64,000 nucleotides of DNA from Poseidonia sp. (lineage in GTDB: Archaea; Thermoplasmatota; Poseidoniia; Poseidoniales; Poseidoniaceae), in the NCBI GenBank assembly GCA_030829545.1, contig JAURAI010000009.1, positions 1,041 through 65,040 on the forward strand, written 5' to 3'. This document shows, one piece after another, positions 9,503 to 21,000 of the stretch (position 1 is its first letter; every line of letters starts with the position of its first letter). Under the pieces are notes generated by a model. The model was not told where the DNA came from, did not search any database, and worked only from the letters and a program-made list of their open reading frames with translations. The position numbers and the translations under genes are program-made.

Positions 9503-11623
9503 ATGGCCAAAGAGGGTGGAGACCAATCCTCGGTCAACGAAGGCCATGAAGAGCACTCACGCGCCAAGGACAAGGACGCAAAAGAACTCCAAGAAATCCG
9601 GCAACGCCGCCAGGGTGGAGGGCGCATGTTCCTCTCAAACATCGAGGATTTTGTGCTGATGGCCGGTATTGCATACGGACTTCTCTTCGCACTTCTTCTG
9701 TTCTCAATGTCGTCTGGTGTACTGGGCAATTCAACAGCCATGGACCATACAGCGTCAACGACCTTCCTTGATATCGGTGATGAATGCGAGCAAATCACGG
9801 ATGAACCATGGCTCAATATTTTCCCAGACCCTGACAAGGAATTGTTTTCAATCGCCGGCCACAATCTACCCAACGGGGTCGCATTCCTCAATTATTCCTA
9901 CTTTTCACTGGACGGTGAAACAAAATCAACCGTGACCGAAGAATACGACAGCAACGAAACGACTCGTTTGGTCGACGAATCCACAAATAACTCAGGGCGG
10001 GCCTATTTTCGAGCACCCTACTCGGACCTTGCAGAAGGACACTATGAGTTGAAGTTCCGCATTGACGTCTACGAGGAAGCGAACCGCTCATCTCAACGAA
10101 TCATTGGTCCATTGAGTCAATCACTGACTTTTGAGCACACCATCTCTTCGGAAGCACTTGCCTTCCTGCCCTTCGTGGACGACAGCGAGCATTCCGATGT
10201 CCGAATTGAAGATGCAGGCCCACGTTCGTGCTGGTCTGTTCAGGATCTTGGGGATTGGGGTTACCTCTTGATGGGGGCTGAAATCGGTGGAGGTCGTGAA
10301 ACTGCCATGCTAACCGGTGGGGCTGCGGGCATTCCTGCTTGGTGGATGGCCTTTATTTCGCTCTCACTGTCAATCATCACTCTCCTCATCATCTATCCGG
10401 TGATGTACAAAGTCTACCACCAAGATACTGACGATATCCTTTCACGTACCCACATTGTTCGTTTGGTTGAAGACACGGTTGAATCGATTGCAGAAGGACT
10501 GAACATTGATGTTGACCAAGAATTGTTCAAAACAGAGGTGAGAGAACTTTCCATTGACATCATGGTCGCGTACAAAAACACAGAAAGTACGCTCTCAGAC
10601 TCAAAAGAGGTCCGCGCTGAAATCCTTCGTCAACTTCTTGAAGAATTTGCTATCTTCCGCGTCTTTAAGCCTGTCCAACTCAACACAAGAGTGATCGGTG
10701 CCGGGCAGGTCATAGACTTTGACTCCGGCGTAGGTATCGGCAGCCGTGAAGCAGACGCACTCGATGCAGAAAGCGAGCAACAAGATTACTCATCTTTCTT
10801 TTCTGAACTCCATTCACTTTCTCGCATTGAGGATGATGTACGCGACAGTTTGGATTTGTTCTTCACCCGGCGCAACGACGTTGAGATGAAGGGTGCTGTG
10901 GTTACCAGTGACGACCGAGTCGTCTTTGTTTCAGTGATATACCGACCTACGCAACGCTTTGCATTCTTTAGGTTCAACAAAACCTCGACCCAAATCAAGG
11001 ATGAATTGTTCCGATTTATCCACGATCGCAATGAAGAGTTATTGGGCTCACAAGAATTGATTGTCAAAACCCGAAACGAAGTCTCAACACTTGCAGATCG
11101 GTCGGGAGCAGGTCGAGTTGAACGCCAAAACACCACCGATGACGAGCGAATCGTTGCCGTTGCTAAGCAAGATGGACTGGGCGGTCGTATGCTGCAAACG
11201 AAATTTTTGGGTGACACCCTCTCAACGGTTGAATACATGGCCAATGAGAAGCGGGAAATGATCAACAAATGGGGCTTCTGGGGCTTGATTTTCTTTGTCT
11301 GGATACCCTTCATGGCTTCCGGTGTCCTCGTTGGTGCCATGCTCGGTCTGCTCTCACGTATGCAATTCATGCGTGTCCTTCTTGCAACCCTTATCGGTGG
11401 TTCCATCGCATCGATCACGTGGGCATACACCGCGGAAGGCATCGTGAAATTCATGCACCAATACAAACTTGAAGTCTTTATTCCCATGATCATCGGTGTA
11501 TTCATCCTAATGGCAGTGCTGCACATTCGTTCGACAAAGATGCGTCGTCAGACTGAATTGTTTGAAGATACGCTGCTTGACAACTTCCACGCTGACGTTC
11601 TCGCCAAATACGGTGACCAGTAG
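9503..11623 (+). CDS. multi-domain membrane protein with C-terminal COG2426 / small multi-drug export domain
   Basis: TM, extracellular domain, TM, ~280 aa soluble region, then WGLIFFVWIPF..SGVLVGAMLG...G..IA hydrophobic block; ATG at 9503 with CTTCAAGA at -28. Confidence 0.7.
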   Translation: MAKEGGDQSSVNEGHEEHSRAKDKDAKELQEIRQRRQGGGRMFLSNIEDFVLMAGIAYGLLFALLLFSMSSGVLGNSTAMDHTASTTFLDIGDECEQITDEPWLNIFPDPDKELFSIAGHNLPNGVAFLNYSYFSLDGETKSTVTEEYDSNETTRLVDESTNNSGRAYFRAPYSDLAEGHYELKFRIDVYEEANRSSQRIIGPLSQSLTFEHTISSEALAFLPFVDDSEHSDVRIEDAGPRSCWSVQDLGDWGYLLMGAEIGGGRETAMLTGGAAGIPAWWMAFISLSLSIITLLIIYPVMYKVYHQDTDDILSRTHIVRLVEDTVESIAEGLNIDVDQELFKTEVRELSIDIMVAYKNTESTLSDSKEVRAEILRQLLEEFAIFRVFKPVQLNTRVIGAGQVIDFDSGVGIGSREADALDAESEQQDYSSFFSELHSLSRIEDDVRDSLDLFFTRRNDVEMKGAVVTSDDRVVFVSVIYRPTQRFAFFRFNKTSTQIKDELFRFIHDRNEELLGSQELIVKTRNEVSTLADRSGAGRVERQNTTDDERIVAVAKQDGLGGRMLQTKFLGDTLSTVEYMANEKREMINKWGFWGLIFFVWIPFMASGVLVGAMLGLLSRMQFMRVLLATLIGGSIASITWAYTAEGIVKFMHQYKLEVFIPMIIGVFILMAVLHIRSTKMRRQTELFEDTLLDNFHADVLAKYGDQ

Positions 11624-11631
11624 GTGATGAC

Positions 11632-12216
11632 GTGAATGAGATATCGACCTTTGAAGGTCAACCAGGACACGTTGGTGAACCCATCAATCTCGGCATCGTC
11701 ACCGTCAGTGATCGTGCAAGCTCGGGCGCCTATGAAGACGAGGGTGGTCCTGCGATTCTCGGTTTTTTTGAAGCAGCCTTCGCCAGTCCGTGGGAAGCGC
11801 ATTATCGGTGCGTCCCCGATGACATCGAAGCCATCGAGGCTGCATTACGGGAACTGGTAGACGATGTTGGATGCTATGTCGTGGTTACAACTGGAGGTAC
11901 AGGGCCTGCTCCTCGCGACATTACTCCCGAAGCAACCGAACGGGTGTGTGACCGGTTGCTCCCTGGATTTGGGGAACAAATGCGAGCCATTTCTCTGGCC
12001 TTTGTCCCAACGGCAATTCTTTCACGACAAGTCGGTGGACTGAGAGGAACAAGTTTGATCTTCAATCTACCAGGACGGCCAAAAGCCATTCGAGAAACGA
12101 TTGATGACATATGGAAGGCCGTCCCGTATTGCATTGACCTCACTGGAGGGCCCTACATGGACATGCGGGATGAGGTGTGTCTCGCCTTCAGGCCAAAATC
12201 GGCTGCTCGACGATAA
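11632..12216 (+). CDS. mog: molybdopterin adenylyltransferase
   Basis: TVSDRASSG.YED.GG, TTGGTGPAPRDITPEAT, PGFGEQMR, PTAILSRQ and NLPGRPKAI motifs. Confidence 0.92.
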   Translation: MNEISTFEGQPGHVGEPINLGIVTVSDRASSGAYEDEGGPAILGFFEAAFASPWEAHYRCVPDDIEAIEAALRELVDDVGCYVVVTTGGTGPAPRDITPEATERVCDRLLPGFGEQMRAISLAFVPTAILSRQVGGLRGTSLIFNLPGRPKAIRETIDDIWKAVPYCIDLTGGPYMDMRDEVCLAFRPKSAARR

Positions 12217-12275
12217 ACTCCCTATCATCACATTCATGTGCTGAGTTTTATTGCTGTCATTTGGAGAAGAAAACA

Positions 12276-13685
12276 ATGAAGGGCAACATCCTCATCCACG
12301 GCGCCACAATGACACTACCTACACAAACCGTGATTGGAGATTTACGGGTCAGAGACGGCATTATCCACTCCATCGCCATCGAAAGCACATTGGAGCCACT
12401 TGATGACGAACTTTTCATCGATGCTGAAGGATTGCACCTGATGCCCGGAATGATTGACCCTCAATGCCATTTCCGTGACCCAGGACAACCCGGGAAGGAA
12501 GATTTGGGGTCTGGGTCCGCAGCCGCTGTAAGTGGCGGCATCACCTCCTTCCTCGACATGCCCAATAACAAACCCTCAATCACAAATTTAGCAGGTATGC
12601 AGATGAAACTGGACACTGCCGCTGCGAAATGCGTGAATAATTACGGCTTTTTCATCGGTGCTACTCCGAATAATGTTGAAGACCTTCAAGAAGCGGTTGG
12701 TACGGCCGAAGAAGCGGTGAGCATCCCCGGAATTTGCGGAACCAAGGTCTTCATGGGCTCCTCTACAGGAACCCTCCTCGTCAACGAACGCAGTGCTTTG
12801 AACGAAATTTTCTCCAAAACAGGTGGCCTCATCGCCGTTCATGCGGAAGATGAAAAGCGCTTGATTGAGCGATTTGAAACCTACAACTCACGCACTGACA
12901 TGGCTGCTCACGCTGAATGGCGCGATGATGTGACGGCTCTTTTGGCCACACAACTTGCAGTAGAACTCGCCCAAGAGCACGGGCGTCGCCTCCATGTGCT
13001 GCACCTTACAAGTGGAATTGAAGCTGAATGGCTCAATGGAATCACCTCACTTCCTTCAGAAAGTGACAGTGAAAAAGCGATCATCACAACCGAGACATTG
13101 CCTCAACACCTGACATTTGATGAAACAGATGTGGAGCGAGAAGGCACGCGTTTGAAGATGAACCCGCCGATTCGCTATGCTAAGGACAAAACGCAACTTT
13201 GGGATGAACTCAAAGCAGGAACGATTCAGTGCATCGCAACCGACCATGCACCTCATACCCTCGAGGCAAAGGCGCTCGGGTTCCCAGATGCTCCAAGCGG
13301 TATGCCTGGCGTTGAAACTTCACTTGCCGTGATGCTCACCCATGCAAAGGATGGGATTTGCAGCATTGAAAACGTGGTTCAATGGATGTCAACCAACGTT
13401 GCTGATTGCTACAATATGATCGGAAAAGGTCGATTGGAAGAAGGAGCAGATGGTGACCTTGTACTGGTCGATATGAACAACGAAGTCGTTGTTGAGGACG
13501 AGTTGACATGGACAAGAGTGGGATGGAGTCCATTCAGAGGCCGGCCTCTGGTAGGGTGGGCTCAAGTGACCATTGTTGCAGGGACTCCTGTCTTTGAACG
13601 CACCAAAGAAACCGGTCAGAAAGGGAAACTTCTGGTCGAACCCGGTGCAGTGGGAACACCGATCGTGATGACGCCTTGGCGTTAG
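12276..13685 (+). CDS. pyrC: dihydroorotase / cyclic amidohydrolase
   Basis: PGMIDPQCHFRDPG..KED..SGS.AA..GG, DMPN, HAED, KMNPPIR, ATDHAPH and PSGMPGVE motifs. Confidence 0.8.
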   Translation: MKGNILIHGATMTLPTQTVIGDLRVRDGIIHSIAIESTLEPLDDELFIDAEGLHLMPGMIDPQCHFRDPGQPGKEDLGSGSAAAVSGGITSFLDMPNNKPSITNLAGMQMKLDTAAAKCVNNYGFFIGATPNNVEDLQEAVGTAEEAVSIPGICGTKVFMGSSTGTLLVNERSALNEIFSKTGGLIAVHAEDEKRLIERFETYNSRTDMAAHAEWRDDVTALLATQLAVELAQEHGRRLHVLHLTSGIEAEWLNGITSLPSESDSEKAIITTETLPQHLTFDETDVEREGTRLKMNPPIRYAKDKTQLWDELKAGTIQCIATDHAPHTLEAKALGFPDAPSGMPGVETSLAVMLTHAKDGICSIENVVQWMSTNVADCYNMIGKGRLEEGADGDLVLVDMNNEVVVEDELTWTRVGWSPFRGRPLVGWAQVTIVAGTPVFERTKETGQKGKLLVEPGAVGTPIVMTPWR

Positions 13686-13688
13686 TTC

Positions 13689-15185
13689 TCAAGACAGATT
13701 GTAGAGTTGGCTGTATTTTCGCTCAACGTAGCGCAGGAATGGTTCAGGACTCGGAGGAGATCCCGTAGCGTCTGTGATGAGTTCTGCAGGGCTCACTTGG
13801 CTGCCTCGTTGGTGGATTTTAGGGCCTAACCAATCAAGCATGGGTGACCAATCACCGGTCGCTATCATATCGTCGATATTACCGAATTCTTCACCCATTG
13901 CCTCGAGAAGTTGAGCGGCATAGAGATTGCCAAGTGTGTAGGTTGGGAAGTAGCCAAACGCCCCCATGGACCAGTGAATGTCTTGGAGGCATCCAATTCG
14001 GTCTTCAGGTACATCGAGACCAAACCATTCCTTGAACATGGTATTCCATGCAGTGGGCAAGTCGTCAACACTCAGGTCACCATTGAAGAGTTGTTTCTCA
14101 ATCTCATAGCGTATCATCACATGTAAGTTGTAAGTAACTTCGTCGGCTTCCACTCGGATAAAGCCTTTTTCAACCCGATTGGCGATACGGTTGAGAGTGT
14201 GCTCATCCCAATCAGGTGCATCGGGAAAGGCCCGCTTAAACCAAGGGAGAGCTACCTTCCAAAAGGACGGAGTTCTGCCGATCTGATTTTCCCAAAATCT
14301 GCTTTGTGACTCATGAACGCCAAGCGATACTGCTGCACCACGTGGCGTGTAGCGATGTTCGTGGTCGAGCCCTTGTTCATAGAGCGCATGCCCCGTTTCA
14401 TGCATTACAGCATAAAGGCAGGAAAAAGGGTCTTTTTCATCAAAGCGTGTCGTAAAGCGAGTATCTCCCGGCCACAAACCCGCCGAGAAAGGGTGGGTGG
14501 AAGCGTCCATTCGACCTGCTTCAAAATCAAAGCCCATTGCAGCTGAAACATCGTGGCAGAATGCTTTCTGAGATTCAATTGGGAAGCGCATTTCAGCCGG
14601 TAGAGTGGGTTCTTCTTGCTTGGATTGTGCGGCGGTAATCGATTGGAGAAGTGGCACCAATCTGGCCTTCAGTCCTGCAAAGAGCGGGTCGTAATCTGTA
14701 ACCTTCATTCCGACTTCGTATTCATCGAGCAAGACGTCGTAGGGAGTCGTTTCGACTCCGAGAAAGTCGATTTTTTGGCGTGTGAGACTGATGAGGTGTT
14801 CTAGAGCAGGTTTGAAGGCTTGAAAATCTGATTGCTCACGGGCTTGTTGCCATGCTACCAAGGCTTCTGAACGTGCTTGGGCAAATGATTCAACAAATGA
14901 TTGAGGCAAGCAAACAGCCTGTTGGTGACTGCGGTTCATTTCTCGAACATTGGCTTTTTGGTCGTCATCCAATTCTATAGATGAGAGTCCCTGGAGCAGT
15001 TCTCCCATTCGAGGATCGACGAGCCGTTGGTGTCGTTGTCCTGCCAACCAAGCCATCATTTCCCCGCGTGAGGCAGCTCCTTTGGCTGGCATAAGGACCT
15101 CTTGGTCCCAACCCAAATGCCCTTGAAGAGCACTCAGCCTGTGGATATCTTTCACCCGATTCAAAAACTCAACGTAGAGGTCCAT
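13689..15185 (-). CDS. carboxypeptidase M32 (Taq-type)
   Basis: WDQE, HPF, HETGH, HESQS, IRVEADE and GYFPTY motifs; start moved to MDLYVEF. Confidence 0.93.
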   Translation of the reverse strand: MDLYVEFLNRVKDIHRLSALQGHLGWDQEVLMPAKGAASRGEMMAWLAGQRHQRLVDPRMGELLQGLSSIELDDDQKANVREMNRSHQQAVCLPQSFVESFAQARSEALVAWQQAREQSDFQAFKPALEHLISLTRQKIDFLGVETTPYDVLLDEYEVGMKVTDYDPLFAGLKARLVPLLQSITAAQSKQEEPTLPAEMRFPIESQKAFCHDVSAAMGFDFEAGRMDASTHPFSAGLWPGDTRFTTRFDEKDPFSCLYAVMHETGHALYEQGLDHEHRYTPRGAAVSLGVHESQSRFWENQIGRTPSFWKVALPWFKRAFPDAPDWDEHTLNRIANRVEKGFIRVEADEVTYNLHVMIRYEIEKQLFNGDLSVDDLPTAWNTMFKEWFGLDVPEDRIGCLQDIHWSMGAFGYFPTYTLGNLYAAQLLEAMGEEFGNIDDMIATGDWSPMLDWLGPKIHQRGSQVSPAELITDATGSPPSPEPFLRYVERKYSQLYNLS

Positions 15186-15303
15186 GAAAATGACACGAAG
15201 GGGTTCTTCTTGAACACTCCCCTTTCCTTGATTGTGGAAAAGACACCGGAATAAATGCACCATAGAAGCACACATTGAAGAAGAGTTGTGACCTACACTC
15301 ACC

Positions 15304-16446
15304 ATGGCCTCTCCCTTTCGCCGAAAAGGAAAAGGGGGGGGAGACGAGGGTGCAATTGACATCGACATTGCGGACCTCATCGACGCTGAGGAAGGGTTTC
15401 CAGAGCCGATTATAGCCGAGGAGCCAATCGTTGAATCTCCTTCCGAGGACGATTCTCAAGTCATTGACCTCATGGCCAAGAGCGCACGAACCGTCATTGA
15501 CACCTGCATGGATTTGAGACGAGGCGAGAACATCTTGGTCATCTGCGACCCGACAACAACGGAGATTGGACAGGCGCTGCACGAAGCCGCAAGCCAGCGT
15601 TCGGACCGTGTCCTCCTCATCGTCATGCCCAAAGGGCGACATCATGGAGAAGAACCTCCCGCACCCGTTGTGAACCTGATGCGACAGCAACAAGTGGTCA
15701 TTGCACCAACCCGCTATTCCTTAACTCACACACGTGCAGTACGCCAAGCGATCAAGGATGGCGCACGAGTTGCAACCATGCCTGGGATGAGCAATGAAAT
15801 GTTCACGCAAGGAGGCATGTCTGCTGACTTCATAGCGATCAAGAAGAAAATGGGTGAAATGGCTCCAGTCATGCGTCGCAAACGAATTGTTAATGTCAAA
15901 TCAACATCGGGTACGAATGTCACCTTTGAAGTGAATTGGCGTGAATGGAAACTCGACGATAACGGCATTTGCAATCGCCCACGCATGCTGACCAACCTAC
16001 CAGCTGGAAAAATTTTCACCTTGCCTCGTGAGGGTACGATGAACGGAACCATCGTGATCGATGGGTCGTGGGATTCAGCCATTGTTGATGAACCAGTTGT
16101 ACTCCAAATTGAGGATGGTTTGGTCATTGACGTCAAGGGTGGAACGGCGGCAGCACAAATTCGGCAGGCCTTCGGTGAAGCCGCAAAACGCCTTCGTAGC
16201 AAAGAACAAGAAAACGTTTGGACCGTAGCTGAATTCGGTTTTGGAATGAATCCAAATGCCCGGCTTATGGGCAATGTCTTAGAGGACGAAAAGCGCCTTG
16301 GAACCGCTTATTTTTCAATCGGTGATAACACGAGACTTGGCGGGACTGCTGTTGTAGGGATCCACATATCAGGTGTGCTTGAAACACCAAGCATTTGGCT
16401 GGATGAAACGCCGATTGTAGAAGATGGAACCTTTCTCATCGACTGA
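15304..16446 (+). CDS. M29-like aminopeptidase (thermophilic metalloprotease family) with acidic N-terminal extension
   Basis: HGEEPP, SLTHT.A, NLPAG, and AEFGFGMNP.A...GN.LEDEK..GT motifs. Confidence 0.75.
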   Translation: MASPFRRKGKGGGDEGAIDIDIADLIDAEEGFPEPIIAEEPIVESPSEDDSQVIDLMAKSARTVIDTCMDLRRGENILVICDPTTTEIGQALHEAASQRSDRVLLIVMPKGRHHGEEPPAPVVNLMRQQQVVIAPTRYSLTHTRAVRQAIKDGARVATMPGMSNEMFTQGGMSADFIAIKKKMGEMAPVMRRKRIVNVKSTSGTNVTFEVNWREWKLDDNGICNRPRMLTNLPAGKIFTLPREGTMNGTIVIDGSWDSAIVDEPVVLQIEDGLVIDVKGGTAAAQIRQAFGEAAKRLRSKEQENVWTVAEFGFGMNPNARLMGNVLEDEKRLGTAYFSIGDNTRLGGTAVVGIHISGVLETPSIWLDETPIVEDGTFLID

Positions 16447-17958
16447 TCAATAGCCTAAATTTTGCTGGCCACAAACGGGGCAGAAGCGCCAGTATGGGTC
16501 AAGCCCAATGCCACACCCACGGCAATGAATACCGGAGCGTATGGTGGGTTGAACCAATGGGGCTTGTTGGCGGGGCCAACCTTGTTGAGCGGGTTGTTGA
16601 GGCGGAGGTTGCTGCCAATTCTGCTGCGGAACGGGTTGTTGAGCAGGGGGTTGTTGCCAATTCTGTTGATTCGGCAAGGGTTGCGGTCGTTGATTGACCG
16701 GTTGTTGAGGTTGCGCCACTGGTTTTTGGGCAGGTGCAAGTGGCTTTCGTACTGGGGCGATGGGTTTTGGTAAAACAGCGGTTTTTTCAGCGGCAGGAGA
16801 GGCAATAAATTCTGACAATGAAACGACACCGTCGCCGTCAGTGTCAGCCTCTAAGTGAAGTTCTTTTGCTTCCTCAAGTGTACTTCCTGTAGCCTGGGCT
16901 AATTCTTCAACAGAAAGGGCACCGCTGCTGTCTTCATCAGCGGCGATGAAGTGTTCGGCTGCACTGACAAATTCTTCCTCTGGCTCTTCTTCATGCTGAG
17001 GGGCATCATCAACGACTTCTGGCACGCTGGGCTGGAGTTCTGTAACCTCTTGGGTTGGCATCTCTACAGGAGCTGGTTCCTCTGCAGCTAATTCGAGATC
17101 AAAAGCCCCAGCAAAAGCATCTTGGGTGGCTCGAGCAACCTGCTTTTCACTCTCCACATTCACAACTTCGGGCGGAGCCTCAACGGGTTCTACATCGGGA
17201 AGCGCAACGGAAGTATCGGGGAGTGGAACAACTGATGTTGGTTCAACATTGTCCACCTTAGGCAAAGGTATCGGTGAAACATCCTTTGCTTCATGGACGA
17301 CTTCTGGGGCAGAAGCCACTTCCTGAACCGCTGGTTTTGGCGGTGAAGGTGGGAGGGCAATCGTAGCGGCAGAAGCAGTTCCGCTAGCAAGTGTTGGAAC
17401 AGGAAGAACATGGCCTGCCACATCCAGAGCCGCATTGAGTTCCTGGTCAATGCTCACAAGGGCATCGATGGACGCCTCAACTTGACTGAGATGGCCTTCA
17501 AGAGCACTGAGATACTTGATGACCTCCTCGCCTTTTCCAGTTTGATGAGCGACTGCAAAGAGTTTCATCATTCGCATCGGGTCGGCAAGGCTGGAAAGAT
17601 GCTGTTCCTGTTGGGCGGTCATTCCCGTCACCTTCTGACCCTGAATTTCACCTGTTGAGCCAGGCTCACCAAGAGCGTTCAACAAGGGGTCTGGCAGGCT
17701 CATCAATCCGAGATGGCCGGCCACGAGGTAGTAGATTTCGCCACCCTCACACGCCATGCGTTCGCTAGCAGCCTCAAAATCAAAGTCACCTGGTTGAAGA
17801 ACAATATCGGAGAGGAATTCAAAAAATTGAATCATGGCCTCGTTACGAGCCATTCCCATCATGCTATGGAGCATGTCTGATGATGCAGTTACACCAAAGT
17901 AAGCCGCAGCATCATCAACCTCAATTTCGAGGTTGTTGGTTGCGTCGTTATCCGTCAC
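16447..17958 (-). CDS. EF-hand pair / Pro-Gln-rich / C-terminal zinc-ribbon protein
   Basis: EF loops DEDSSGALSVEE and DTDGDGVVSLSE; QQNWQQPP repeats; CRGC...FCPVCG; SD-like AGGAGGG before the GTG start. Confidence 0.8.
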   Translation of the reverse strand: MTDNDATNNLEIEVDDAAAYFGVTASSDMLHSMMGMARNEAMIQFFEFLSDIVLQPGDFDFEAASERMACEGGEIYYLVAGHLGLMSLPDPLLNALGEPGSTGEIQGQKVTGMTAQQEQHLSSLADPMRMMKLFAVAHQTGKGEEVIKYLSALEGHLSQVEASIDALVSIDQELNAALDVAGHVLPVPTLASGTASAATIALPPSPPKPAVQEVASAPEVVHEAKDVSPIPLPKVDNVEPTSVVPLPDTSVALPDVEPVEAPPEVVNVESEKQVARATQDAFAGAFDLELAAEEPAPVEMPTQEVTELQPSVPEVVDDAPQHEEEPEEEFVSAAEHFIAADEDSSGALSVEELAQATGSTLEEAKELHLEADTDGDGVVSLSEFIASPAAEKTAVLPKPIAPVRKPLAPAQKPVAQPQQPVNQRPQPLPNQQNWQQPPAQQPVPQQNWQQPPPQQPAQQGWPRQQAPLVQPTIRSGIHCRGCGIGLDPYWRFCPVCGQQNLGY

Positions 17959-18016
17959 CGTCGCACCCTCCTATCAACCGCACTTATGTTCCCCATTTAA
18001 GCCCTCATGAACATCA

Positions 18017-21000
18017 TTACGCCGAGCGATTCTTTGCGAGATTGCAAATCGCTCGTGATTGTTCAGCAGACCACCCGGTTTCTTGGAGTTGCATCAAAAC
18101 ACTTCGTTCATCCTCACCTTCCGAGATCGCGCCAACAACCCAGTCAACAGCAGATTCTCGATCGTCTTCTTGCCAGTCCTCAAAGATACTGAGATCAACT
18201 TGAATACGTGCCTTTCGAACCTTCGCAGAAGGTTCTGGTTCTGATGAGACTGATTTTTTCTTTGCGACCTTTTGAGCAGGTGCGCCCCGCGCAGGTGGGC
18301 CCCGCGCAGGTGGTTGACGGCCTGGAGGACCAGAGGACTTCTGTCGACCCGGAGGTGATTTTGGTCCTGCCTTTGGTGCAGGCGTGGAACGTGGTTGACT
18401 TGCTTGGCGAGGGCGAGATGCCATCGGGGAAACTCCTTTGCGATCGAGCGCATCAAGTACATTTTCTTCCTCGTCATCATCGTCATCGAAAAAGTAGTCA
18501 TCATCATCTTCATCCTCATCATCGTCTTCTCGTAGCATTCGTGCGATGATGAGGCCAACGAGAACAAGACCGAGCCCGCCACCGCCGATGATGACCATCA
18601 AGGTGCCAGCATCAAGGCCAAAGAGACCCGCTTCACCATCACCCGCTAGCGGAACATAAGGGCAACCGTCATCGTAGCCATCAATCCCTTTTGGTTGGTC
18701 TACACAATTGTCCTCGTCATCGAGAACGCCGTCACCGTCCGTGTCCCGTTCGGAGATATGGCATCCGAATTCATCCACCTGATTTGTTAAGCCGAACGGT
18801 GTATTTGGGCAACGGTCCGGGAATCCAGCACCTTCGATGAATTGTCCAGGGTCGTTGAGATTCAAGCGCTGGTAATAGGCATCGCGTGTTGCGTTCCAAG
18901 AAGCGTCTCCCCAATTATCACCAAAACTATCAAAATCAGTATCTTGCCATTGAGTAGGGTCTTCACGGGTTGAGGATGGTTCCATCTCATCGCGCCATCC
19001 ATCACCGTCGTCGTAACAGCCTTGGAAGTCTCTAAATGAGGTCCCTGCTTCATCGGGGCAATCATCTGCATTGGACGCTGGGTCTGGATTATCGCCGTAG
19101 CCATCTCCGTCGGAATCAAACCACTGGGTTGGATCTGATGGGAAGGCGTCACCGGTTTGATTGGTATGAAGACCCGTTTCATTGTCCACATCGTAGGTGT
19201 ACATGCCAGAATAGCCATCTCCATCCAAATCAGTGTCCAAGGCGCTTTCATCGGTGCAACCATTGTCGAGGATAGGGAAACCAACTGGTGTATCGTCACA
19301 GGCATCATCCAAATCCGACAAGCCATCGCCGTCGCTGTCTCGTTGACTTTCAGCACAACCGTTTGTGTCAACCGTTTCGCCACTTGGGGTTGCGGCACAG
19401 GCGTCTTCAGGGTCGTTGACTCCGTCACCGTCGGTATCAGAGGTCCGCTGTTCAATGCTGCATCCCTCCGTGTCAACAGACACACCTGTGGGAGTCGAAG
19501 CGCAAAGATCCAAATTGTTTTTCACTCCATCGTTATCATCATCGAGTTCTGATTGTGCACAGCCTTCTGCATTGACTGGTTCACCCACAGGCGTCGTGGG
19601 ACACAAGGTATCCAAATCGTTGATGACGCCGTCACCATCACTGTCAGCGATATCAATGAGACGACAGCCAATTCCGTCGGTGCCGTTGAGTACGCCAGCC
19701 TCGGTGGGGCATTGGTCGCCCTCGAATCCTGCCAATTGGTCGCCAAATCCATCGCCGTCGGCGTCTGACCACTGGCTGTCAAGGTAGGGGAAGGCGTCAC
19801 CCTGTTGATTTTCTCGAAGTCCAGATGTTGTATTCAGGTCGTAGGAATAGATGTTCGTGTAACTGTCACCGTCACTGTCCAAACAGCCAACTACTGGACG
19901 TGTTGAATTGCCCCAGATGTCTGAGCATCCGTCCAATTTGAGCCCCATTGCATTGGAGCCATTGTAGAGCGCAGTCCAATTATCGGGGAAGCCATCGCCA
20001 TCAGTATCGTTTGCAGCGGCTGGATAAAATTTGAACTGGTCCGGGTTGGTTGCGTTTTCGGAGTCGTTATCGCCGAATCCATCACCATCGCTGTCCACCC
20101 ATTGAGTTGGGTCAAAAGGCCAAACGTCCGCCCCATGTGTGATGTTCCATTCGAAGATCGTCCCCACGTCGGAGGTATCGCTTGAACCGTCATTGTCCGA
20201 ATCCAAGCAGCCGTTTCTGTCTCGCCAAGATTCTCCGTAATTCCATGGACAATAGTCGCCGTGAACCGTATCTGTATCGTTATTACCGTAACCGTCACCG
20301 TCATAATCCTCATATTGTGATGCGAGGTAAGGGAATAGATCTCCTGCCCCTGCGTTTGGGTCAAGCGGCACTGAACAGCAATCAACACCGTGGTTATCCC
20401 CAAAGCCGTCACCGTCAGTGTCCAAGGCTTGTTTCCAATTGCCTTTGAACTGGTCACCATCGTAATACGAGGCATCGTTGTCAGACCAACCGTCTTGGTC
20501 GAGATCTCCGCATCCATAGCGGTCAATCCATGATGTACCACCGACGTCATCACATCCATCGATGGAATCTTTGTAGCCGTCAAGGTCGTAATCCTCACAT
20601 CCGAAAATGAGGTATGAAGATGGACCATTGGTGGTTGGACAAGCGTCAGGAAGGGGGCCAAGGGCGTTGTCCCCGTAGTTGTCCCCATCCGAATTCATCC
20701 ACTGGTCTCCAACCGAAGGCATAGCATCCACCAAATCAAAGACCAAATCCCGGTCTTGGTCTTGATAGAGTCGCAGAATGATGACATCATCATTCACAGT
20801 GTCCCAGTAGGCCATATGGACCGTCCCGTTTGCGTCAACCATCGCGTTCAATTCTTCACTGACCACGACATCACCAAATTGGACAGACATCCACGGTGCA
20901 AAGCCCGAATGAACGCCGCTCAATTCTGCAGTATTGACGATAAGGTGTTGAGTCACAGGGTCGCTGGTCAACATCAAGATATGCGTCCCTGTGTGAAGGA

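Noticed and set aside
15186..15380. Long N-terminal extensions in the ORF track (also 8299-8328, 25971-26111, 41318-41428, 42634-42753, 56562-56621)
   Set aside because: They overlap neighbouring genes or promoter motifs; downstream ATGs fit family N-termini and promoter spacing better.
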